Positions 40,701 through 53,400 of a stretch of DNA of 64,000 nt are shown piece after piece (the first letter of the stretch is position 1; the number at the start of each line of letters is the position of its first letter). Source of the DNA: Balanoglossus misakiensis (taxonomy: Eukaryota; Animalia; Hemichordata). The position numbers and the translations under genes were made by a program. The notes below the pieces were generated by a model. It ran no database searches. It saw only the letters and a program-made list of their open reading frames with translations, and was not told the origin of the DNA. The stretch lies in NCBI GenBank assembly GCA_040954595.2, contig CM082579.2, forward strand, positions 3,523,227 through 3,587,226, read 5' to 3'.

Positions 40701-43700
40701 GCTCATCGGTCTTGATCTCAAGTTATCTCTTTTAGTTCAATTTCTCGAGTACCGCGACTATATATACATACGTGAAATATTCCTGACTTGGATTTTGTCT
40801 TGTCGAATTCAAGGTCACGTTCATGGTGTTGAGGGCGCTCTGGGGAATCCACCGTCCATCGATGACCGTTCCGTTAGGATACCCGCAGTCTGGCGTGTTC
40901 CAAGCGTTGCCGCAGCCTACCCACGGCAAAACGTCCGCAAAGGAGGCGAATATGTAGTAGATGGCGTAGCAAATGATGACGTTGTAGTAGATGGTGACTA
41001 TGCATGATATGACCACCATGGAATAGCCCACACCTGCAAGACAAACGGTCGAATTTATTATAATGCAAAAGAAATTCCCACCTTCAGTTGATACCATCAT
41101 CGTACAATTTTGCGACATCACCGTATGATCATTCTAAATTCACGGGCTTGCTAATGCATACACATGGTAAAAATATTTTGCAGAGTGCGGTACCAGATAT
41201 TTTTTGAAGAGACAATCATGGCTGTCACAACACATGTCAGTGTAACCAAAATAAAGAGCAACGATTGTCCCTTTATGTCATTAGCTGGCCGCTTACCTTT
41301 GAAAAGTGGACAAATCTCCCATATTGTAACCGGTCCCTCGCTTGCAAATTGGCCAAACGCCAACTCCAAGAAAAACAGGGGAATTCCAGCAAGGAATAAA
41401 AAGATTGCGTATGGAATCAAAAATGCCCCTGAAATAAAAGAGCAGTAAGTTTTTCTTTGTTAAAATACCGAACATTTTTTTCGGTAATAAATTTTACGTC
41501 CAATGAAGGTCGAGGCATAATGTTAGGGCGGGCAAAAGTCTTAGCGTCGCAAATGAAATTTTAATATTCGATGGCAAATACGAACACAGTAGTTTTCATA
41601 CGTATGAATGTTTCATGTCCAGAGATTGAGTATTTCAATAATGCCATTGTATCCCTACTTACCTCCACCGTTTGCGTAGCAGAGATACGGAAACCTCCAA
41701 ATATTCCCAAGACCAACTGCATAGCCAATACAAGACAGCCAGAAATCCAGCTTTCTGGACCAGTTACCGCGGGCTGTATTCTCATCGCCTTTAAAGACCA
41801 CTGGACCAGGACCAGTGTCTTCTTCGCGATATTTCTGTGAAAATGGCAGACTGAACATGTAAGTGGTCGTGGGAATTCCAACTGTCGTCCGGACAACAGT
41901 GTAATAATGGTTAGACGCACTGCATTTTATGATTAAATGTCTTGAAAATTGTGTTTTTTTCCCTCTGAATGACTACGCCACAAGTCAGTCAAAACTTTGA
42001 ACCCAACATTAAAAGTTAATGAAAAGATTATCTGTTCTTCAATACTTCCAATCGGGGTTACGTAATGCACATTTGCCACTGATGCTACTGTTGTTGTTGT
42101 TGTTGTTGTTATTTGTTGAATTCATTCTCACTATGTGAAAATTCTCCCGTGTGGAGATAACGACGTCACCACATAAAACACTGTCTGTAGTTGACACAGG
42201 CTGACCACATTTTATATTTTAATCCGGTTGCAACCCTTTCTATATATACCCTTGTGGATCGATGTTACAGCCGATACATAATAGAGTTGCTCCATTCATT
42301 GTATTCTATAATCGTCTAAGCTCGAAAACAGGAGTTGATGTACAGAATGTGGTGCAGGGAAATGCGATGCGCCTGTCAGCACACATGACAGCTGGCCCTC
42401 GGCCTCATTCGGGCACATTCCAGGTAACCTAAATCACGGTGGAGTGACCGTGCCTAAATTGTTGGTTGTAGCATCGGCTATTATTATATGATCGCGTTTA
42501 ACGTGCGGATTTTCTAATTCATGAGAATGTGATGTTTTATGGGCCACTTTCAGTGGAATTCACGCTCGCGTGCATAGCTGTAGGAACACTTTTTCGTGAC
42601 GAGCGACGGTCACTGAAGTCAGAATAATTTGCATTAATGCGGCATTCACTCTTCACTATTAAGTGTATACACGTGGTCATTGTTGGTCGTCGATCTCGGC
42701 TCATCAGCACATAGCTTGATCGGCCTATCCTTGAGGTCAAATGGGTATAGCGATTTGCGAACTCATAAACAGTTATGAACATGGGACATGTGGAAACGAC
42801 AGTCCCCACCCTCGGGCACGCGAGCCGCCGTCGATGTATGTGCATAGCTGGCACGTGTTGGAAATTTTCCAGAGCACACCGGCGTACATCGAACGGTTCA
42901 GCAGTCGCACATGTTGTCAGTGAAAAGTAGGCCTATGTTGTAGCAGAAAGTTTTCAGCACAAATCAACAAAATTCGGACTCTGATTCTTTGACTAAGAAG
43001 TAACCGTATGCGAAAACATGAACAAACACGCATCGCTGAATAATTCAGTATCGTCGATCGCTCTCTCCCCTCACCCCCGGGCGTTTGACCATACTTACCG
43101 TAGACTTGAGTTCCATGTCCATGTTAGCGGGTTCAGTATCTGCGGGGGCGTTAACGTTCCTGTTGTGGGGAAAAGTTCATTATTTAAACAAAAAAGTAGT
43201 TTCAGTGTGCTATCGCCTTGTTACTCACACAACTTTCACTGACACTATTCGAATGTAATACTGTTTTCAGGTATATAAACATACGATCGTCAGGGACGCC
43301 GACATACACCGGCCGGGTCAACGCGTTGTTGTCTTTTGAAACAGAGAAAGGAAGTGACGTTTTCTTTTGTTTTAAACGCAGGAGACAACACTTCTGTAGA
43401 ACGCACCCAGGGACGCACCATTATTAATTGATTGGAGAGGGCGGATGGAATTCATTGATTTCTCTTTTAAGTTGGCGTTTCACCTGGTATATATGATAAT
43501 TAGGCAAACAGATCCGGTATTGGTACCGTACTTTTGTCCCTCACGGCCACGGCTATGGCAGTATCCGGGAGTCGATCGTCGTATTCTAGTCAATGTTGAA
43601 TACACCGGCCTACGCGTCTAAAAAAACTAGGCATTTTGCATCACTAAAACAGTTGTAGAATTTCAGTGGTTTATGGAAAAAGATGTTTGAAAATTGACCC

Positions 43701-43972
43701 CTTAGGCCTACTCACTTGACGGTACCGGCCTCGTGGACAAGAAGCCCCGCATGGCCCCGTAAAACCCCGCACTCTATGAGGTCCGTCTTGGTAGCGACTT
43801 CGAGGGTGGCAGTTGAATCGTAGCCATTGCTTGCCAGTGTTTCACTGTAGCGTTCCAGGCGAGTTTTCTTCAGAAGGGCCCGGACCGATCCGTTGACGTA
43901 GGAAGGGGGAAGCTGTGATGGCGTGCCCTCATTAGGAGGGGTACTGTCATCCGCAATCTCTTCAGAACTCAT
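37703..43972 (-). CDS. SLC6 sodium/chloride-dependent amino acid transporter, paralog A (glycine-transporter-like), 711 aa including an N-terminal SAM-like domain
   Basis: 14 coding exons: 43972-43716, 43159-43099, 41834-41663, 41428-41297, 41033-40772, 40636-40504, 40363-40125, 39764-39640, 39448-39336, 39194-39066, 38972-38873, 38632-38526, 38267-38094, 37834-37703; all GT-AG and in frame (2136 nt); [55 protein letters not shown]; AATAAA at 37359-37354. Transporter core is certain; linkage of the first two exons is inferred from phase. Confidence 0.92.
43716..43972 (-). CDS. Exon encoding a sterile alpha motif (SAM)-like domain
   Basis: [50 protein letters not shown] matches the SAM pattern (V..WL..l.L..Y...F...gyd....l...t..DL...Gi..GH...il); acceptor ttttaacag| at 43994, donor AA|GTGAGT at 43716. 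Confidence 0.72.
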
Positions 43973-43999
43973 CCTCGGGTTGGATTAGTCCGACCTGTT

Positions 44000-44126
<127 letters not shown>

Positions 44127-47100
44127 CAACCACGATACCACCACAATTATTATCACCATCACCGTAACCACCACCACCACCACCACCACCAGGTAGGTTG
44201 GTAGGTATGAAGTAACTCGAAACACGCGAAAATACCTACAAAATATACGCGTAAGTCTATCCCGATCGAGCGACCGATCTTCTTGTCTATAGTCAAAAGC
44301 ATTGTTCCCTGTAGTAGGCATACAGTTAGACTCTATGGCAGTCGCTGTGCCTGTCGATAAGGAATGGAACTTTCGTTCGTACAGGACGTTCTATACGTAA
44401 CGGACGCGGACGCGCATTTCATTTTCAGTATCACACAGTCTTGGAGCAAGACTAGCCTAAGGTAGCGGCAAGTGTTTTTGCTCTTAAAAGAACAATTCCC
44501 GACTATCGATCTATTTGCGTTGACGTGCGTCCTGGCATTAAGATTACACAATCATGTCCACTTCATCGATCGTTTCATATCCTTTTTACGTTGTTTTTAA
44601 AATTATTTTGTACATAAATCAACCGGACGTCACCGCGCCCACGTTAGAAATTGTGCCAGTACGTTTTGGTAAATCATAAGCATCGTACTGATTTGGTACT
44701 GTCGGCTTTCACTTCTCCGAAAACTTTACAGGATTACCTTTTTTAAAAGATTCACCCTATTATGTGTTTTTGCGCGGTTACGTAACCATAATGCCATTGC
44801 AACCACATTCCGCCCGGCTTTAGTGAATTCTCACTTCTCATCTTTCGGGTTCTCTTTATAGTGACTCAAATGAGACATGACCAATTTCTTTAATTTCAAC
44901 AAGTTCAGATTTCTTGTTATCAGTAGGCCGCATGCACAATGAAAGTAGCCAATCGATTCACTATATATGTATGTAGTAATTGGACGACGCAAGTACTAGT
45001 ATCATCCTACCGGAATTACGAAGCGGGAATTTAAGCTCACTTAATCCATGTTATGTGACTGGAGAAAGGTGAACGAATTCTCTGCATGCCACAGAATCAG
45101 TTTGGAGGAGTTACGGTAAACCCCTGACCCCCCCCCCCCCCCAGCAACTCTTCTGTCTGTCCGGCCGTGACAACTTTTACGGGTCTTTCTAGCTAGGTTT
45201 CGGATGGCTTTGACATTGCCGAATGTCTCTCAACTTCGAAGTTAAATTCTTTCTTTGTTGATGAGGTTAAAAAAATAGTTATGTAAAATTAACGAAGGCA
45301 CTTTGTCAATAGAACTTTCATAAATGTAAAGGACGTATAATCCCATACAAACCTAAAACTGAGATCGATTTCCCCCCTGAAAAGAAATGCACAATTCACT
45401 TGTACCTGACAGAACGGCCACTTCCGTACTCAGCTCAGTAATAGCTTCTTTGAATTTCATTGGGAGCCAAGATCCAGTTAACGTTAATATCGTTCCTTGG
45501 AATTTCAACGTAACGTCATGATAACACATAAAAAACATGCCACTTGGCAAAATAACCGAAACCGCAAATGACAAATGGCAGAGGGGAAAAATAACATGAC
45601 AGAAAATCAAAATGTAAGAACCTACCTTTCGCAGCAGACGCTATCGGCAATTAAGGGCGTGGATCAAGATGCAAGTTAAGGTGTGTTTTGAAAAAAAAGT
45701 AAAGACCAGAACCTTCGATGAGAAGTATAGTAGTGGGGGGGGGGGGGGGCTGGGATACTGGGGTGGATTTTAAACAGATGTTTTTAATTGTGTGTTGTTT
45801 AATGTAATTAATTGTTAAACACGAACGATTATAGTGTTTGTGAAGAATTGGGTAAGACTGTACACTAAAATTTCAATACAATGTTTGATTCAACAGCGAG
45901 GTACAAGGAGGGGTTTCCATATCCCCTTGATGTAAAGTTGGACTTGAAGTCCCCTAAACTCTAAAATGGAATGTCCCACAGATGACTTGTTATGACCAGT
46001 TCACACGGGCCACGTCTCTATATGACAAGTAAAGCTATTTAGTAGACGGTCGATCGATTTAAGATTCTACTATGACCAGATAGTCAAACTTGGTTGCTTA
46101 ACACGTCTGACCAGAACAAGTGAAATTTCCGAGAGGCGGCAGCAGCAGAAGGACAACAGACAAAATCAAGCAATAAATTTACAGTCGATTTTATTCAGAT
46201 TGAGAGGAAATGCGGACATCATGAGCGTCATGATCGTTCTCAGGTGTTCAGGCTAGGTGGTGTGATTTGTGTCAGGTATGTAATATAGCGCCACCAACAG
46301 TTGATTATCACAATTTTTGATAATCCAAGTTCTGTGATCAAGACCCTTTAGGTAACCGTTTCTCTGATTCGAAAGTTAATATTGGGGCAATTTAGGGATA
46401 AGCAAATGTAGGGATAAACACTTCTGTTATTGTAAACCGCTTTGGTGTCATTGCTGTGGCCTGTTATTTATTTGTCGCTTACAGAACACTACAAATATAA
46501 TAATTCCACTGTCCGGTCAGACGTATAACTTACAGTAAGCTAGAGGGTCTTTCCACGCCAGGACAACAACGATAGCTATTTACACTTACCAGCGCTGGGG
46601 AAGTCGTGATTGTCTGTGTGCCTGGGAACCGATATTTTACGAAATCTCGCGGTAAGTTTATCACCAGAATTGTATACGGACCCTCTTATGCCACAATATA
46701 GGGACGTTATATACAAAAAAAGAACGAGGAAGCATATTTTGTAGTTTCTTCGATTGTTAAATTGTCATTGGGCGATTGTTGATATTGAGAGACTGCCCCG
46801 CCCACTCAATGGGAGAGTTACAGATGACAACTCGGTCACCAAAGGCAGGTCATGTATTCTTGCATGAAGGACCATATTGCTGGATACACTACAATTTATA
46901 GTTAGAGCGCGACGTACTTCCAACGTGTAAACCAGAATTCCCGGGGACCCAACTTTATTAATAGCATCAAACTTTATCAGTGTTGATTGACCCAATGGCA
47001 TAATTTGACATGATTTGTAACTTATAAATTGCTGTATTTATGTGTGTAAATGTGTGTATCCACTAGGCCAGGGGAGGCTATGTATTCCTGTACTAGCATT

Positions 47101-48499
47101 GAAAGGGGAATTAAGTGTTGTGTTTTTTATTAACTGATAATGTGCCTGTTATTCTGCCAAGGATTTATTGTGCTTGGCTTAGCATTATTGAAATAAGCTG
47201 GCAGTACTCTTTTGAGTTATTGCAAAAGACCAGCTTATTACTTCAGATGCGCAATAATTTTCAGCATGAATTCAGCAATAATCACCACATCCCTTTATCA
47301 CCAGGGAGATCTTCCCCAATACAAGTACATGTAGCATGTATCGATGTGGGTTACTAGTATACGGGAGTGTACAGAACATATTTGTGTATTTGATGCATTG
47401 CCATGGTTGCAAAGTATGCCAGACATCAGTTGAAGGGGTTTGTGCTAATTAGTCTAAACCTTGCTTTCTGGAAATCTATTTCTGAAACACGCTGATGGCG
47501 AAATATTTCTGATCTCCCACATTGCCTTTAGGTTTTCCACATTTTTTCCCTTTTTTCCTCCCCACGTTTCCAGAATCCAGTCTAAATGTCTTGTCTGGAT
47601 TGATATTCGATGAAAATAATCTGGAATTTATAACCCATTGAATATAAGATTCCAAGGTCTCTGATATCAGGGAAACCCCTGACTGACACCTATTTCTGTT
47701 CAAAAGCAAAACATCTCCTGTGTTGTACTCTAGACTATCAATACATATACATGATCTGTTCATTTATAAATACAGATTGTCAATTCTTGTCAAGAAGTTG
47801 AAGTGCCTCCATGAAGTGTGTATATTGAATTCGTCAAAGAAATCTTTCTCCGTTCATTGAATGAACCATCTTTGTATGAATATCTCAGGGTTAGTTTTTG
47901 GAGTTTAAATAGCACACACCAAAACTGTTTTGTTTGTTGTGGTGACTGTGTGTTCAGATCCCCACCCCCAACCCCTGCAAGGGCAGCTCGAGGTCAGCTG
48001 AGGTCGCAGTATCCCCATTGACTTTCAACAATAGCTTGCCAATGATTTGTGCACTGTGATGACAGTGCGGTGACAATGCATAGCGTTTCATTGTGGGTTT
48101 TTTTATGAGCTCAGTAGCAGTTTAGTGGAATGAAAAAGTATACCCAGTAACAAGGACCAGATCCTCACTGCTATTGTCTGCTGGGTAAAGGAAGTTAGAG
48201 GTAGAATTTGCTTAATCCATACAAAATATTTTAACAATACATGTAGCTGCCTACTTAGTTAGCGTTGGTATGCTGTACATTTGGATGATAAAACTGGTTG
48301 GTACTGGTTTTTGTGTCACTTTTTCTCCCGTGGGTAAATTTTGACTTTAACGAGGGCAGATATCAAATTGGTTACTTCTTATCACCGTGAATTATGGGCA
48401 ATGGCATTGACACCAAGACAACCTAATCGTCTGTAAATACTGGTGGACTCCACTCAGTACAGTATAGCGGCACAGTGTCATGAACATGGTCAAAGTTTT

Positions 48500-48655
48500 A
48501 AAGCTACATTAGCTGTAACTTTTCGCCAGGTTTTCAGTATTGCTCTTTTGGGTATCTACGGCAATTTCTTGTTCAAATCCCTGAAGCATGATGAAATGCC
48601 CAGCAATTCCAGCTTACTAACACAACCTATACATGCATGGTATAGTCAGCATTGC
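48500..48655. mobile_element. Second partial copy of the MITE-like repeat seen at 28.4 kb
   Basis: Begins TTAAAGCTACATTAGCTGTAAC; 48562-48653 aligns by eye with 28433-28512. Confidence 0.45.
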
Positions 48656-50439
48656 AAGTGATATTGTGCAAAATATGAATTCAAGTCTGGACTAGAATTC
48701 ATTTGTCAACAATAAAAATGGCCGTTACACACGTACAGGCTTCATGTATATGTTGGCAAGAACCGTACTTGTTATGTATCCGCCATGTGTGGGCTTGGTG
48801 AAGGAAGCCATATAATAATCATTAATCACACACGCCAAGACAAGATCTGCAGATGTTTAAGGAAGTCGCTCCTCAGTGATAATTACCACATCTTTTACAT
48901 TCATTTATTCTATCAATTTTAAATTTCATCTTTGTCAGTTATAAGACGTAAGCAGGGGTTTCTGATTTGACTCTTGAATGAGAAATGTTCTGATCGTTTT
49001 GGTTCAAAGGTGTCTGACACTTGATCAGAACTGCCTTAGACGTAGAATTTCACGACAGGGAAGGGGGAAAAAGTTCATTCACGTCACTGCAACTGGAGGG
49101 AAATACTACCAGCGGGTCTAGCAACAGAATCCGGATGACCCACCCTGAAATTTGATTTCCCTCTTCCTGGTAAAAAGTTTCACATTCAAGCGAAACTGGC
49201 TCTGTTGGAAATATTACGGCATGTTTTACATATTTAATAAGACCGTCATCTCAGTTGTGTCACAGCTGTATATTCGAGTTAGCAGCATTTTTTGAGCCTA
49301 GTCCTCTGGGTTTGGTAAGTCTGTTGAAAGATTTTTGCAGGTTTAATGGGATGCAAGCACATTCAAAGGCTTAATATTGAGGTGAGATGAGAGCACTCGA
49401 AATATGCAGAAAAAAGTAGCATTTTAAGTGATACTCGAGAAGTCAAACTCATTTCAGAGATATTTTTAAGAGAGAATTCAATAATATGTGGTGTTCATAG
49501 GTTAGTGAACAAGACGAGTTTAAGTAAATATAGAAGGGTATTCATTGTATCGTGTCAGATTTCAATTTGCCCAGTGATCTGCCTTTAAAATAGCAGCTGT
49601 TAAGTAATGTACACATCGTGAGATTTAATGAGAGTCGATGAGATGTATAGAGATTTGACGAAGTGTTATGAGATTTGATGTGAGCACCATGCGGTGCACG
49701 TACTGTACAATGTTTTCTCCTCAATATCGGTATCACTCTGTAAATTGGTTTACAAATGACATCGCTGGATCATGTGTGAATTCATCTTATATTGGTGTTA
49801 TCAGGCATCACCGATACAAGTGAATTTGATACAGTGCAGGGAATGTCTTGGATGCCAGTGGATGTACGGCAGCGCATTTTACAAGCTGTTTTGTTGCTGT
49901 AGGAAATGACAGGAATTATAGATAGCTTCATCTGATACGCAGTATTTAAAGCTACCCTATGTAGTAGTTTGTCAATGTTTTTTTCTCCGCCAAATTTTAG
50001 TCACAGTATATGTAGTTATGCCAACTGCTGACTGAAGTACTAGTACATTAAAGATAAACGTACATATTTCTGGGCAGAGAGTGTATTTGCATACATTCTG
50101 TGTAATTTGTGGATAGCTATTTTTGTGAGATCAAACAATCAGATAGCTATTTTGTTTTTGTCCAAATGAAACTGAAGTGGATAATTGATCAGATTATCAT
50201 TGCAATAATTATGTTGTTAAGGGTATAAGTTATCTTTAAAAGCAATTCATGGATTCATGGAAATCCATGTTTGAGAGATTATACATAGTTCTATGCTGTA
50301 CGTAATGTATTTGAGTTTTGAAAGATCAATAGTGTTGCATGGAAACAGTCAACACTGAATTTATGATAAACATTTCTTTGTATTTCAGGTGATGGTGTGT
50401 GCTGGTCTGAGGTTTCGAAGGTGATGTGTCGTAGTTTAA

Positions 50440-53400
50440 ATGTACAGGAGTAAACCCATCCGCGTCCACACGCCAGTCAAAATGGGAGACGCCCTCTTTG
50501 AAGAACCGAACACTTCCAGTGTCTTCGAAGCCAAGATGATGTGCAAGGACGCGTTTTCGGTGCTGTACGAGTTGTTCGAGGAGAGTAAATTGTGCGACGT
50601 CCTGCTGAAAATCGGCAAGAAACAGATCAAGTGCCACCGCATAATCCTGGCGAGCGCCAGCCCCTACTTTCGGGCGATGTTGACATCGGAAATGACGGAG
50701 AGCCGGCAGGAGGTCATTACGATCAAGGATATTGACGAAAACGCCATGCTGGAGTTGATTCGCTTTATGTACTCGGCCAAAATCACCTTGACCACCGATA
50801 ACGTGCAGCCGTTGTTGTACGCCTCGTCGATACTCCAGATGGAGGTGGTCGCCAGGGCGTGCTGCGAATTCATGAAGACGCACCTCCACCCGTCGAACTG
50901 TCTCGGGGTGCGAAACTTTGCCGAACTGCACGGGCGGATCGACCTCGTCAAATCGGCCGACAGCTACGCGTTCGACCACTTCCTCGACGTGGTCCAAAAC
51001 GACGAATACCTGAACATAAGCGGCAGGCACCTGGGACTGCTGCTGACCTCGTCGAACTTGAACATCGACTCTGAGCAGCAGGTCTACGAGGCCATGATGA
51101 AGTGGGTGAAGTACGACGTTGTGATGCGGCAACAGAACATGCCGGACTTGATGGCCAAGATCCGTCTGCCCATGCTTCCTCCCGGCTACCTGATGGACGT
51201 TGTGGAGCGGGAGGAACTGGTGAAAAAACACCATTCCTGCAGAGACTTGGTGGACGAAGCCAAAAACTACCACCTCTCCAGTGCCAGTATTGTGAGCTCG
51301 AAGTCGGCCGGTCGACCCAGATATTCTCTCAGAAGTAAACCAAGGAAGAGTACTGCAGGTAAGAATAAGACGGCTGCCCTGAGAGACGTTTACCTTTTGA
51401 GTTGTTACGCCTGGTGACCTCTGACACCATGCAGAATTGAACCCCAAATGGTTTCAAAGTGCTATTCATATACATGTACATGTACCATCCTCAGAAATTT
51501 GTGGCTTGCAAATTAGTATAAAAGCACTGCACCACTTTTATGATTATGCTTCGGACCAGAGGCCAAACTTTCACTTTCTTGGCTTTAACCTTTGCCTCCC
51601 AGTAAGTGCTGTGATCGAAGCATAAAGTATGACCCTTTCACCCCCATTTTCATTTTACATTGGTCTGGCCCGGCTATAACTATGGGATCAGACCCACGCA
51701 GAGAATTGACACAATGTATCCAGCCAGCCATATGGTCATCTCGTAAATGACTGCTTAGAAATGTACAGCCAATTTCTTCAGCTAGATCATGGGAATTCAA
51801 CATTCAGGGTAGTGTAAGAAAATTTACGTAGCCACCTATGCCCTCACAAAATGTTCATTACCATGAAGAAATGCAAAAACACTTTTGAACTACTTGCTGC
51901 ATAATCAGTCATGGAAAACAGCATTTTATGACCTGAGAACGTCTGGATAATTTTACCAAATAGTTACTTCCGCAGTCATATCCATTGGCATTTTTTTAAC
52001 CATCACCCAACCCGCTGTAGTTCCCATACTGCTCATTTGACCATCCCTGTTACCATCTGCATGCATCACTGACCCTTTAAGGAAGCAGTTCAGTCCAGGA
52101 CAATCAACTTGCCATGTCCTTGGCTGGCACTAGTGTGGCGAGTGCAGCCTTAGTGAATGATTTCTATAGCAGATGACATAAGCTGTCAAATTGTCCGACT
52201 TGATTACATGCACCTGTGCTCCGCGCCGACCTTAGGGCCGGGCAGTATAATTTAAACACATCCACGTACACACTGTTGTACATTATTTCACTTCAGAGCC
52301 ATTCTTGTTCTCTGTCAAAACCCCGTTCAAGAATTCTCCCCCCCCCCCTCCCATCACTCTGCGTTCCACTGGGTCCTTGGCCTTGTTGACTTTGCAATTT
52401 CCTCCGGTCTGTTAATCTTTCCTGAGAATTTCCCCAAAGTGTCTGTCACAGAAGAGATGTCTGAGTCAGTGGCGGTAGTGGGTGACAATTTGGCCATTAT
52501 AACTATTATCAGCTGCAGATTTGAATCAGAGGTGATATAATACATGTATGGGCCACGGCACATTATAAAAATACTCGAGATACAGCATTCTGCATGGTCA
52601 CCTTTTTTGTCAACAGAACACTCTGAAACTCTCAGTGACACTTCCAAGATAATCGCCCTCCACTACGTTTCGATCAAGCAATTTACACGACCTATCTCCT
52701 TCAACACTGTCAAGTCAAGTGTACTGTGCAATTTATTCAGCATTCAGTGGCACCATTACGCTGCGGAATTTTCACTTCATGGAGACAGCATTTTCATCGC
52801 AGAAGACGCGTTGTCTGCCCTTGCAAAGTAGACTGCTCCATATTTAGAATGATAGATGTCTATGCAGTGTCCACCTGCTTCATTAACCATCGCAGCTGCA
52901 ACTGCAATTGCTCTGAAGTGCTCCTTCAGTGAATAACGTTTGATCGCCAGAAATATAAGCTCTGGGAAGATTCCTGAATAGTTCATCTTGAACCAGTGCT
53001 TAACGTCATAAAATGTGAGAAAATAGGTTCATTTGTAAATAGTATGTGTATACAGGGGCTTGTGATGCTGTTTGGTAATTGCTGTCATGAGGAGAGGGCT
53101 GGAGACAGTACGGTGAAGTTCGAGAGGTCTGGCAAATATTGAGGTGATGAAATTTGTGCTGGAAAGCCAGGACTACATGTTTGCAGTGGAGATGTTTGCT
53201 GAAACACTGAACCAGATCAGCTGATACAGTTTCATCTGTTTTTACCTTGCATAGGGAAACCACACATCACATGATTATCATACACAAATTTCTATTTGAC
53301 CATGACTTGACCTAAAACTCCTCTCTTAATCATTTTTTGTTCAGGTGTTTTATTTACAATTGGCGGTCGTGGAGCATCAGGAGATCCATTCAGGAGTATA

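Noticed and set aside
50326-51447. 373-aa antisense ORF over the large KLHL8 exon
   Set aside because: Shadow of a GC3-rich coding exon on the opposite strand; no recognisable protein features.
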